From: Syntrophomonadaceae bacterium | GTDB taxonomy: Bacteria; Bacillota; Dethiobacteria; DTU022; UBA8154 | Direction: 5' to 3' | Assembly: GCA_003556225.1 (NCBI GenBank) | Contig: PWRN01000020.1 | Location: forward strand, 2,436-66,435 | Length of the DNA stretch: 64,000 nucleotides | Shown here: positions 21,848-31,321 of the stretch, piece after piece | How positions within the stretch are numbered: the first letter of the stretch is position 1 | Layout: each line of letters opens with the position of its first letter | Notes under the pieces: model-generated | The model's database searches: none | Seen by the model: only the letters and a program-made list of their open reading frames with translations | Told to the model about the DNA's origin: nothing | Position numbers and translations under genes: made by a program

Positions 21848-23638
21848 ATGATCCGCTTTGCAGCAAAGTATGAACGAATAAAGGCCGGTGTCCCGTTGTT
21901 ATTGCTGCTATTTTTTTTCTTTTCCGCCCTCCTTCCGGGCTGCTCATCCGAGGTGCCGGGTCCTGGCGAAACGGATGCGTCAAAACAGGAGCCTGAACAA
22001 AACGGTTCGCTGGAAAACCCGGGAAACCTTTGTGAGGCATCTGAAGCAGCGCCAGAACGATCAGCAGAAGAAGAGGAAGAGGCCCGCCGCTTAGAAGAAG
22101 AGGCCCTCCGGGAAGAAGAGGAGCGAAGGCGCCAGGCCCTGGAAGCGGAACGTCGGGAAGCCCTGGGCAAGTATTATGTTCCACTTCCCGGAGAGAAAAG
22201 GGATGTCACCGCGGTAAAGGCTCGCGGCCTCTATGTCACCGGCCACAGCGTTGCCCATTCCCGCTATGATACCATCCTGGAGATGGTGGAATCGACGGAA
22301 TTGAATGCCCTGGTCATTGATGTAAAGGATGATCACGGACATGTTACATATAACAGCGAGCTGGAAATCGTGAAGGAGTTAAACTCCAACCGGTCTCATC
22401 CCATCAAGGATCTAAAAGCCGTGCTGGACGATCTCCATGAGCGGGGCATCTATACGATCGCCCGGGTAGTAGTTTTTAAAGATCCGTACCTGGCCGAAAG
22501 AAGGCCCGATTGGTCTATTACGCGCAATGAGGGTGGTCTCTGGCGCGATCGTAAAGGGGTGGCCTGGGTTGATCCGTATGAGCAAAATGTGTGGGATTAT
22601 ACCGTAGCCGTTTCCCGGGAAGCGGCTTTAGCGGGTTTCCAGGAAATCCAGTTTGATTATGTCCGTTTCCCCGAAAATGCCCACCGGGTAGACGTGGAAG
22701 CCTATTACCCGGCCCAAAATGAACTGGAAAAAGATGAATTAATCCGCGAGTTTTTGATCTATGCCGGTGAAAAATTACAGGACTATGACGTGTTAATTTC
22801 GGCCGACGTATTTGGTGTGATTTCCACCTCCTGGGGGGACAGCGACCGCATTGGGCAGACCTGGGAAGCGGTTTCGCCGTACGTGGATGTGATCTGTCCC
22901 ATGATTTATCCCAGCCATTATGGCCCGGGATACTTCGGCTACAGTGTTCCCGATGCCCACCCGGCAGGAACGGTCCGCAGGGCTCTTCTCGACGCGATCA
23001 AGCGCAATGCCCCACTCCAGTACCCCGCCGTGATTCGCCCCTGGCTCCAGAGTTTCACAGCTTCCTGGATTCGTGGCCACATCCGCTACGGCCCGGCCCA
23101 GATCCGGGAGCAGATCGAAGCAGCCCTGGCGCTGGGGATCGACGAGTACTTGCTCTGGAATGCAGGAAATAATTACCAACCTGCGGCTTTGCTGACCGAA
23201 GAGGAAGCCGCAGCGCTGGCGGAAGAATTGAACCAGTCTCGCTTCCGCAAAGGCCTGGATGCCATCGGCAATACCCCGGAGGAGGCCGTGGAATTGTTTT
23301 TGGAAGCGGTGCGCAAGAGGGACTGGCGGGAGGCCTTTTCCCTTCATGTCACCGGCCCCGAGCTGCATTATCTGAATTACTCGGAGTGGAAGGATTCCTG
23401 GCACAATCGCCCTGCAGCGTACCAGGTAGAACCCCTCGAGGACCGGGAGAAGGCCGTGGAAATTCTCCAGGGCACAGGAGAAACGCTGCAGATTAACCTC
23501 TCGGTCCGGCTGGATGGAGGCGAAGATGAATATCACCTCTCCCATGAACGCTGGGAAGTTCGATTGGAAAATAGTATCTGGCGGGTTAAACCCTCGGAAG
23601 CTTTCATTTCCAAGTTAACCCTTGCTGCAGAAGATTGA
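21848..23638 (+). CDS. putative glycoside hydrolase lipoprotein (DUF4015-like TIM barrel)
   Basis: LLPGC lipobox; NALVIDVKDD, IQFDYVRFP, PMIYPSHY, RPWLQSF. Confidence 0.8.
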   Translation: MIRFAAKYERIKAGVPLLLLLFFFFSALLPGCSSEVPGPGETDASKQEPEQNGSLENPGNLCEASEAAPERSAEEEEEARRLEEEALREEEERRRQALEAERREALGKYYVPLPGEKRDVTAVKARGLYVTGHSVAHSRYDTILEMVESTELNALVIDVKDDHGHVTYNSELEIVKELNSNRSHPIKDLKAVLDDLHERGIYTIARVVVFKDPYLAERRPDWSITRNEGGLWRDRKGVAWVDPYEQNVWDYTVAVSREAALAGFQEIQFDYVRFPENAHRVDVEAYYPAQNELEKDELIREFLIYAGEKLQDYDVLISADVFGVISTSWGDSDRIGQTWEAVSPYVDVICPMIYPSHYGPGYFGYSVPDAHPAGTVRRALLDAIKRNAPLQYPAVIRPWLQSFTASWIRGHIRYGPAQIREQIEAALALGIDEYLLWNAGNNYQPAALLTEEEAAALAEELNQSRFRKGLDAIGNTPEEAVELFLEAVRKRDWREAFSLHVTGPELHYLNYSEWKDSWHNRPAAYQVEPLEDREKAVEILQGTGETLQINLSVRLDGGEDEYHLSHERWEVRLENSIWRVKPSEAFISKLTLAAED

Positions 23639-23737
23639 GCAGGGCTTCGTGGATTCACGGTAGACGGACGTTTTGATCATTCGTAGAGGATAGAGGATAG
23701 CGGCATGGCAGGGCTTGAAACAGCCGGTGATGCCGCT

Positions 23738-24352
23738 TTATTCTTCCAGGGAAAGGTGTTCTTGTTTACGCACAGCTTCGAGAGAGGGAACGCTGTGAAT
23801 CTCAAAGAAGATCGGGCCTGCCGCTTCGATCAGTCCATTTAACATTAACAAGATCAAAGAGATGAGGAGTCCAGAGAAGATCAGAGGCAGGTTGCCCTGT
23901 AGGGCTTGAATAATCTCCATTTCCCCGAACATCCAATCAACCCCGACGATCATCCCCACGCTTCCGCCCACCGAAAACGCCGCGAAGGCGAAGATCATAT
24001 TCGCAACGGCATAAGGAAAGAGCGTTCTTTTTTCGCCAAACGCATGCACCATCCCCGTCACGGTGCCTGCAAAGCCGGCCCAAAAAGGCGCCAGCAAAAA
24101 GACGCCCAGGACAAATTGCAGCACCACCGTGTTAAAATTGATGGCCATGATTCCAAGCACGGCTTTGACATACTCCTTTTGCTCCATGGCTTTAACCAGG
24201 GCTGAAGAGGGTGATCTCCGCAGTTTATCAATGCGCGCATTGTACAGCTGCCGGGCCAGGCGTTGATAGCGAATTTGCCGCTTGCGCACCACGTAAAAGC
24301 CCCAGGTTCCAAAAATCCAGTAGACGAAATAGATCAATACAAAATAGCCCAC
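23738..24352 (-). CDS. membrane protein, possibly SpoIIM/DUF95-like
   Basis: About 5 hydrophobic segments; C-terminal LNGLIEA; SD AGGAGG. Confidence 0.6.
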   Translation of the reverse strand: MGYFVLIYFVYWIFGTWGFYVVRKRQIRYQRLARQLYNARIDKLRRSPSSALVKAMEQKEYVKAVLGIMAINFNTVVLQFVLGVFLLAPFWAGFAGTVTGMVHAFGEKRTLFPYAVANMIFAFAAFSVGGSVGMIVGVDWMFGEMEIIQALQGNLPLIFSGLLISLILLMLNGLIEAAGPIFFEIHSVPSLEAVRKQEHLSLEE

Positions 24353-24439
24353 GGTACGCCCTCCTGCAGATATCGTTAGAATTTACCGCCAGGGATCTTG
24401 CGAGGGGCCTGAAGGGAGCCTGCAAGAAAGAACCTCTAT

Positions 24440-24985
24440 CTAAGAGGCACCGGTGCGGCTGAGAATCTCCCTGTACTCCTGGTCCATGCGGGAAGCAACC
24501 TCCTCAAACTCGCTGTGCCGCTGGAGATTGAAGCCCGCAATCGCCGATCCGGCGATCCCCGCCTGGGCCAGCCTGGATTTCATGGCTTGCCAGCTGCGTT
24601 CTTCCAAGTTCTTCAGCGCTTCCTCTTGCTGCCGAAGGCATTCCCCGTGTAGCTCTTGCGCCCGGGAACAAAATTCTCGCATTTCTTCGTTGTCTCGCAG
24701 GGCCAGGATCACGGCCAGTATTCGCGGGGTATTCTCCAGGTCCATTTCCGACTTCATCGTGCGGATGAATGCATCTGCAGCGGCGGCCCTGTAGCCTTCC
24801 GGGTAGCGCTGCAGGGTGTTCTTGATTTCCTCGGTATCAGTTTGTCGGCGCAGAAAAGACCTTCCCAGGGACACGGCTGCTTTGATATACTGTTCCTGAT
24901 CCATGGAACGGGCATCTTCCCGCGTCCCCTTCATCTTTTGTGCCCTCTCCATGGCAATTTCCGCGGCCGATTTGATTTTTTTCAT
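24440..24985 (-). CDS. conserved hypothetical protein (IKSAxEIAME N-terminus, DUF6657-like)
   Basis: 181 aa helical ORF with SD GGGGAG. Confidence 0.7.
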   Translation of the reverse strand: MKKIKSAAEIAMERAQKMKGTREDARSMDQEQYIKAAVSLGRSFLRRQTDTEEIKNTLQRYPEGYRAAAADAFIRTMKSEMDLENTPRILAVILALRDNEEMREFCSRAQELHGECLRQQEEALKNLEERSWQAMKSRLAQAGIAGSAIAGFNLQRHSEFEEVASRMDQEYREILSRTGAS

Positions 24986-25074
24986 CTTTCACACTCCCCG
25001 GTGATTTATGATATAATATTACTTTAGCGGATCTTTACTGCAGCATTCGCCACTATTTTGCTGAAGGAGGACCT

Positions 25075-25767
25075 ATGATGAAATTGACAGAGAAAATTTA
25101 TTATTACCCCTGGCAAGGACAGGGGAACAACTGCAACACCTATTTCTTTGCCGGACAGAAAAACGTCTTGATTGATCCCGGGCACATCAAAACGGAATTC
25201 GGTGAGCACTGCTTGACGATGCTGGAAAAATCGATGGAAGCGGACGGTTTTTCTTTCGAGGATTTGGATTTGATCCTCTGCACTCACGGCCACCCTGATC
25301 ACTGCGAAGGGGTTTCCGTCCTGAAAGATCGGAAAGATATCCCCACTGCCATGCACCGGGAAGAAGAATCCCACATGCAGCACTTGGCCCAGTTGTTTGA
25401 ACGGATGACAGGGAAGAGCCCCTCGCTGCCTGACATAGATATCTACCTGGATGAAGGTAACCTGGACCTGGGCACCGAAAATCCTGACGCCCTTCAGGTA
25501 TTGACCACGCCCGGTCACTCGCCCGGTTCGTTGAGCTTCTTTTTTCCCACGGAGAAAGCCCTCATTACGGGGGATGCGGTATTCCAGGGGAGTATCGGGC
25601 GCACGGATTTTCAGGGCGGCGACCTGCAGACCCTTGGCCACAGCGTCCACAAGCTTGCTGCCCTCCATGGCGTGGAACTGCTCCTTCCCGGCCACATGGG
25701 AATCGTCAGGGGAGAAGAGGCCGTGCAACGGAACTTTGCCCTGATCCAGCGCATGTTCTTCTCATAA
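25075..25767 (+). CDS. MBL-fold metallo-hydrolase
   Basis: THGHPDH, TPGHSPGS, TGD, PGH. Confidence 0.92.
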   Translation: MMKLTEKIYYYPWQGQGNNCNTYFFAGQKNVLIDPGHIKTEFGEHCLTMLEKSMEADGFSFEDLDLILCTHGHPDHCEGVSVLKDRKDIPTAMHREEESHMQHLAQLFERMTGKSPSLPDIDIYLDEGNLDLGTENPDALQVLTTPGHSPGSLSFFFPTEKALITGDAVFQGSIGRTDFQGGDLQTLGHSVHKLAALHGVELLLPGHMGIVRGEEAVQRNFALIQRMFFS

Positions 25768-25848
25768 AGATCGGGTGGAAAACCCTGGCCCTTTGTCTTA
25801 TCCCGTGCAGGGATGCCTCGAGACCCTGGAGTTCGTTGCTGGAGCCTG

Positions 25849-26784
25849 TTACATCTCCCGCAAGCGCTGCACCCGCTCCTCCGGGGGCGGGTGAGAAGCA
25901 AAAAGCTGGCTCTTTCTCACGCCGCCCTGGCGGCCGGCATGCGCTTCCAGGGCGGGATTGACAATATAAAGGCCTCTCAAAGCTTCCCGGTTGATGGGAC
26001 TGTCCGCCGCCTGCAGCCCCGCGATCTTTTCCAGGGCGCTGGCCAGTCCTTCAGGATAACCGGTAAGCTCTGCTGCGCTGGCGTCTGCCAGGTATTCTCT
26101 TTGCCGTGAAATGGCAAACTTGAGGACCTGGGCGAATATCGGGGCCAGGATGGCCAGGAGGATGACGATCAAGATCACCACAATTTGCCCCTTTCCCTGG
26201 CTCCCCCGGCTTCCCCCCCGGCGCAGGCCCCGCCCGTACCACAGGCTGCGCCGCGCCAGTTCGCTTAAAAGCACGATAGTGCCAGCCAGCACGACGGCCA
26301 CGGTAGCCAGGAGGATATCGTAGTTTTTAATATGGGCAATTTCGTGGGCGATGACCCCTTCCAACTCCAGCCGGTTTAACTTGTTTAAAAGGCCGCGGGT
26401 GACCGCTACAACAGCTTTTTCCGGGTTACGGCCGGCAGCAAATGCATTTGGAATATCCGTTTCCACGATATATGCCCGGGGTGTCGGGATACCGGCCGCG
26501 ATGCTCAATCCTTCCACCGTATGATACAAGTATGGTTCTTGCTCCCGGGTGACAGGCCGTGCGCCGGCCATGGAGGCCACGATCCCCGGCCCCTTAAAAT
26601 AGCTGATCAAAAAGATCACCACGGCCAGCAGACCGACGGCGATAAGTCCTGCCAGCGGGTTGCCCATATAGATCCCCAGGCCGTATCCCACGGCGAGAAA
26701 CAAGAGGGCAAAAGAGAAAAACAGGAAAAACGTGCGCCGGCGGTTTTGTTTGATGTGACCATAAATTGGTACTTGCATCGGCAA
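25849..26784 (-). CDS. htpX: M48 family zinc metalloprotease HtpX
   Basis: PNAFAAG, AHEIAH, SRQREYLAD, ASHPP. Confidence 0.92.
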   Translation of the reverse strand: MPMQVPIYGHIKQNRRRTFFLFFSFALLFLAVGYGLGIYMGNPLAGLIAVGLLAVVIFLISYFKGPGIVASMAGARPVTREQEPYLYHTVEGLSIAAGIPTPRAYIVETDIPNAFAAGRNPEKAVVAVTRGLLNKLNRLELEGVIAHEIAHIKNYDILLATVAVVLAGTIVLLSELARRSLWYGRGLRRGGSRGSQGKGQIVVILIVILLAILAPIFAQVLKFAISRQREYLADASAAELTGYPEGLASALEKIAGLQAADSPINREALRGLYIVNPALEAHAGRQGGVRKSQLFASHPPPEERVQRLREM

Positions 26785-26813
26785 CAGATCCTTTCGGGAC
26801 GTGCACCGGGCTC

Positions 26814-27368
26814 TTAAAAATTCACCTGGACGGACTCCCGTGCCCTTTCTTCCGCTACCTCGAAATAATCACGGGCTTGAAAATTAAATAACCCGGCCAG
26901 CACATTCAAGGGAAAAACCCGGATGCTGGTATTGTAAGCCATGACCGTTCGATTGTAGCGCTGACGGGCGTAGGCGATCTTGTTTTCTATGCCGGAGAGC
27001 TCCTCCTGGAGCAGCAGGAAATTCTGATTCGCTTTTAACTCGGGGTAGCTTTCCGCTACGGCGAAAAGGGTCTTCATTGCGCCCCCCAGCAGGTTTTCCG
27101 CTGCAGCATTTTCTTTAACCGTTTCTGCGCGCATGAAAGCCGTTCTAGCGGCGGTAATCCGCTCCAAAACATCACGTTCATGCTGGAGATACCCCTGAAC
27201 CGTATTGACCAGGTTGGGAACCAGGTCGTAGCGTTTTTGCAGCAAGGTATCGATATTGGCCCACGTACTATCGACCATGTTCCGCCTGGTCACCAGGCGG
27301 TTGTAGCCTGCCACAACGAAGATCAACAGCACGCCGAGAACTGCCAGGGCCAGGTAAAGTCCAGTCAT
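26814..27368 (-). CDS. lemA: LemA family protein
   Basis: N-terminal TM; KRYDLVPNLV, ESYPELKANQNF. Confidence 0.93.
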   Translation of the reverse strand: MTGLYLALAVLGVLLIFVVAGYNRLVTRRNMVDSTWANIDTLLQKRYDLVPNLVNTVQGYLQHERDVLERITAARTAFMRAETVKENAAAENLLGGAMKTLFAVAESYPELKANQNFLLLQEELSGIENKIAYARQRYNRTVMAYNTSIRVFPLNVLAGLFNFQARDYFEVAEERARESVQVNF

Positions 27369-27663
27369 GTTGAAAAACCTCCTACACGAAAAGATGAAAA
27401 CCAGTCTTCGCCAGAATGAACCCCCGGAAAAGCCCCCGGCGTAAGTTTTTGAAATAACCCGGTAGAGTAAACGGAAAGCCCGTTTTAAAAGAAAGCTACT
27501 TCTACCAAACGCCGGTATCGTTCCATAGTTATTATTCTCCAGAAGCCAACGTTATCCTTGTGTTTAAGGGGAAGGATTTTATGAAATCATCCCGAATAAA
27601 AAATTGTAGGCAAGTGGGCAGAACGCCATCTTTGCCATGCTGAACAGGAGGTGGGCCAGGGCG

Positions 27664-28185
27664 ATGAAAACCGTAACGTACCCCTTGAGAAACGCTGTGA
27701 TCGGCATTCTTTCCGACACTCATATCCCGGCCCGGGCGCGAGTGCTGCCTCCACAAATCTTTTCTGTTTTTGCAGGGGTGTCATTAATCCTTCATGCCGG
27801 CGATATTGAGCATGAAAACGTGCTGCTGGAACTGGAAGCCCTCGCGCCGGTTGAAGCCGTGGCCGGTAACATGGATCCCCCCGAACTAAAAACCAGGCTG
27901 GGAATGGCAAAAATTGTATCCTTTTCCGGGGCTTCCCTCGGGTTGTTCCACGGTTACGGCGCTCCTGGCGCTTCCGTGCAGAGAGCTTTGGAACAATTCC
28001 GCAGCCATGATGTGAATGCGGTAGTCTTTGGTCACACGCATGAACCCCGGGTAGAAGAAAGAGTCGGCTTGTTAATCATTAACCCTGGCTCTGTATCCGA
28101 TCCCCGGCGGGGCAGCAAACCTTCCTGCGCGCTGCTGCATCTGGACAACGAAAAGATGCAAGGGGAAATTGTATTTCTAGTCTGA
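27664..28185 (+). CDS. YfcE-family metallophosphoesterase
   Basis: SDTH, HAGD, GNMD, GHTH, NPGS. Confidence 0.92.
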   Translation: MKTVTYPLRNAVIGILSDTHIPARARVLPPQIFSVFAGVSLILHAGDIEHENVLLELEALAPVEAVAGNMDPPELKTRLGMAKIVSFSGASLGLFHGYGAPGASVQRALEQFRSHDVNAVVFGHTHEPRVEERVGLLIINPGSVSDPRRGSKPSCALLHLDNEKMQGEIVFLV

Positions 28186-28411
28186 ATAAACCGCCAGGCC
28201 TGTCCAAACGAGCACAGGTTGCGGGCTCCAGGAGGACGTTTTCCTGCTCCATAACTGGGGTCAATGGAACCAGCAACAGATCAATCCCATCCTTTTACAG
28301 TGCTCACCGCTTTTTTCCCCGGCACGTAGGAATTTCCCGGTCATTTGGAGAATAGATGAAGCACATCTAAATAAACAAAGCACATCTGATGTGGAGAAGG
28401 AGGTTTGCGTC

Positions 28412-30112
28412 GTGGAGCCAAGTCAAGAAGTCCTATGGACAGCACACTATGAGAAGGGGATCAAGCACCACCTGGAATACCCTGAAAAATCTGTTTTCAG
28501 TATTTTAGAACGCACCGTGAAGCGGTATCCCCAGCGGGTAGCGACATATTTTAATGAAGCGAAAATGTCCTATAAAGAACTGCTGATCAATGTTAACAGG
28601 CTGGCAACCGCCCTGGCGGCCCTGGGCGTTGAAAAGGGCGACCGGGTGGGGATTTTATTGCCCAACTGTCCCCAGGCGGTGATCAGTTTTTACGCGGTGA
28701 TGCGGCTGGGAGCCAGTGCGATATTTCTGAATCCTGTGCTGGTGGAACGGGAACTTACCAACAAGATCAATGATTCCGGCATGCGCACACTCATCCTGTT
28801 GGATATGTCCTACCGGAAGATATCCAATATCCGGGAGCGCGTAAACCTGGACACCCTGGTTGTGACGCATATTCACGACTACCTGACCTTCCCCTACAAC
28901 ATCCTTTATCCCTTCCGGCAAAAAGGCGATGCCCGGGCGCCGGAAATTCCCCGTAAAGAAGGCATATATCAATTTACCACCTTGATTAAAGGTGCCCCGC
29001 CGAATCCGCCAGCTGTGACCGTTGATGCCAAGAATGATGTGGCCGTGCTGCAGTATACCGGTGGCGTGACGGGCAAGCCAAAGGCGGCCATGATCACCCA
29101 CTTTAACCTGATGGCCAACCTGATGCAATTCCGGGAGTGGTTCTCCAGCTGTAAAGACGGGGAAGAGCGGGTTCTTGCCCTGGTTCCCTTTGCCCACATC
29201 TATGGGTTAACCTGTGTGATGAATTTCAGCGTATATATCGGTGCGACACTGATTATGCTGCCCCGCTTCCAGGTGAACCAGGTTTTGAAAACCATTAACA
29301 AAAGCCGCCCCACCTTTTTCCCGGGCGTGCCTTCCATGTATTATGCGTTGAGCCATCATCCCGATGTAAAAAAGGCCGAGGTTTCTTCCATTGATTACTG
29401 CATTTGTGGCGCAGCCCCGCTGCCCTTGGAAATCCAGGAGCGTTTTGAGCAGTTAACCGGTGCACGGCTTGTAGAGGGCTTTGGCCTGACGGAAGCCTCA
29501 CCGGTGACCCACTGTAACCCCGTGCGAGGCAGGCGCAAAGTGGGCAGTATTGGACTGCCGGTGCCTGACACCCAGGCCAAGATCGTGGACCTGGAAACCG
29601 GGACCAGGGAGCTGGGCATCGGCGAGATCGGTGAGCTGATCATCTCCGGTCCCCAGGTGATGAAAGGCTATTGGAACTGGCCAGAAGAAACGGAAATCGC
29701 CTTGAAAGACAGCTGGCTCTATACCGGGGATATTGCAGAAATGGACTCCGAGGGGTATTTCTTTATCCTGAACCGCAAAAAAGACATGATTATCTCCGGC
29801 GGGTACAATATTTACCCCAGCGAGGTCGAGGGCGTGATTTCCCGCCATCCCAAGGTGAAAGAGGCCATTGTTGTTGGCATCCCCGATGAATTCCAGGGAG
29901 AAGTCGTCAAGGCTTATATTTTCAGTAAGAATCCCAAGGTGAAAATTTATGATGACGAGCTCAAGGATTACCTGCTGAACAAGTTGGCCCCGTACAAAAT
30001 ACCCAAGGTTTTTGAGATCCGCAAGGATCAACCTCCCAAGAACCTGGATGGCGCCGAACTGCGCCGCTACCTGGTGGAAGAACGGGATAAAGAAAAAGGC
30101 AAAAGCAGCTAA
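28412..30112 (+). CDS. long-chain fatty acid-CoA ligase-like protein (A10 Lys absent)
   Basis: YTGGVTGKPK, EGFGLTE, TGD, RKKDMII..GYNIYP. Confidence 0.9.
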   Translation: MEPSQEVLWTAHYEKGIKHHLEYPEKSVFSILERTVKRYPQRVATYFNEAKMSYKELLINVNRLATALAALGVEKGDRVGILLPNCPQAVISFYAVMRLGASAIFLNPVLVERELTNKINDSGMRTLILLDMSYRKISNIRERVNLDTLVVTHIHDYLTFPYNILYPFRQKGDARAPEIPRKEGIYQFTTLIKGAPPNPPAVTVDAKNDVAVLQYTGGVTGKPKAAMITHFNLMANLMQFREWFSSCKDGEERVLALVPFAHIYGLTCVMNFSVYIGATLIMLPRFQVNQVLKTINKSRPTFFPGVPSMYYALSHHPDVKKAEVSSIDYCICGAAPLPLEIQERFEQLTGARLVEGFGLTEASPVTHCNPVRGRRKVGSIGLPVPDTQAKIVDLETGTRELGIGEIGELIISGPQVMKGYWNWPEETEIALKDSWLYTGDIAEMDSEGYFFILNRKKDMIISGGYNIYPSEVEGVISRHPKVKEAIVVGIPDEFQGEVVKAYIFSKNPKVKIYDDELKDYLLNKLAPYKIPKVFEIRKDQPPKNLDGAELRRYLVEERDKEKGKSS

Positions 30113-30139
30113 GTTTAGGCATGGAGTTGAGTTGCACGT

Positions 30140-30182
30140 AAAAAAACCGGCATGGGGTAAAAACCCATTTGCCGGCTTTTTT
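30140..30182. terminator. bidirectional terminator
   Basis: A-tract CCGGCATGGG/CCCATTTGCCGG T-tract between convergent genes. Confidence 0.75.
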
Positions 30183-30197
30183 CTTATTTGCGTGCTT

Positions 30198-30695
30198 CTA
30201 ACTGCTTGGTTGAGGATCAGGTGGATCAGCAAGTCCGCCACGTTGGGCTTCCAGCTCTTCAAAGCCCCGCAGGACCGACTGCAGGGACTGGATCAGCATC
30301 TGCCTTTCTTCTGCGTCCAGGCGGTCGGCCAGGTTGTTAAAGCGCAAGGTTCGGCGGTCAAAGACCAGGGTGGCCAGCTGTCTACCATACGTTGTTAGAG
30401 AAACCCGCACGACCCGACGGTCTTTTTCGTCGCCTTTGCGCCGCACCAGGTTCAAGTTGACCAACCGGGAGACCAGACGGGTCACGGCGCTCTCCGCCAG
30501 GTAGATCTCCTGCCCAAGTTCTCCCATGGTGAGATTCTCTTTCATGTAGAGCACCAGCAGGGCATTGATTTGACGCGGTGTGATCTCGAGGCCCGTCAGC
30601 TCCCGGGTTTCTTCATTGTTGAGATAATACATCAACTTGGGGAAAATTGTCTGGATCGCTGTGGTAAAGTTTTCGATTTGTTTAAAATCGACCAT
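30198..30695 (-). CDS. MarR family transcriptional regulator (paralogue 1)
   Basis: LTMGEL, SAVTRLV, DEKDRR wing. Confidence 0.92.
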   Translation of the reverse strand: MVDFKQIENFTTAIQTIFPKLMYYLNNEETRELTGLEITPRQINALLVLYMKENLTMGELGQEIYLAESAVTRLVSRLVNLNLVRRKGDEKDRRVVRVSLTTYGRQLATLVFDRRTLRFNNLADRLDAEERQMLIQSLQSVLRGFEELEAQRGGLADPPDPQPSS

Positions 30696-30891
30696 GGCGG
30701 AGCCCCCTTTTCATGATCATAGGTAAAAGGGAAGGCTTTGTCAAGAAACGGAAATTATTTAGAGAAAGCAAAATATTCTTTCAAAAGAGAATTTTGTGCA
30801 TCATAATACTTAACAGGTGAAAAACTTTACCATGTTAAATAATAAAGTTGCAACGCGGCCTTCTTGCACAAGATAATTCAAGGTGTTTTGC

Positions 30892-30955
30892 CGCCACGCT
30901 CGTTCAAACAATTTGAGGAGGCTTTGCTGTAACCCCTACGCACCTTTTAATCCAG
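30892..30955 (+). repeat. dispersed ~64-bp extragenic repeat, copy A
   Basis: 47/64 identical to 62610-62672 by hand alignment. Confidence 0.6.
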
Positions 30956-31321
30956 GCAAATCCGATGTTCAATATGAGCAAGCAGAGAAATGTCAGCGAA
31001 CCCTGACGAAATTTTAAAGACATAAAAAAATTTTAAATAAAGTAGTTTTTTTATTTTTAGAGCAGGAGATCCCCCTGGACGGAGCGAATCTTAGTATAAG
31101 AATATTTTCTTTGGTAAAATATTAACTTTGTGAAATAAGTCTGGTGATGGAGGTGATGGCCCGTATTATTGCAGGTTGTCGATGTCTCAAGTGATGCAAG
31201 TGCTGCACTATTGAGAAAATGTCCTCTACGTAGAAAAGCATACGAATCGGTTCCGCAAAAACCAAGGAAGTATAGACGATGATCGGAAGTAGATTAATCC
31301 GATGGAAAAGGAGGAGGGAGT

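Noticed and set aside
28180-28215. Possible third copy of the 64-bp repeat on the minus strand
   Set aside because: Similarity is limited to about 13 nt (GCTCGTTTGGACA); not convincing by eye.
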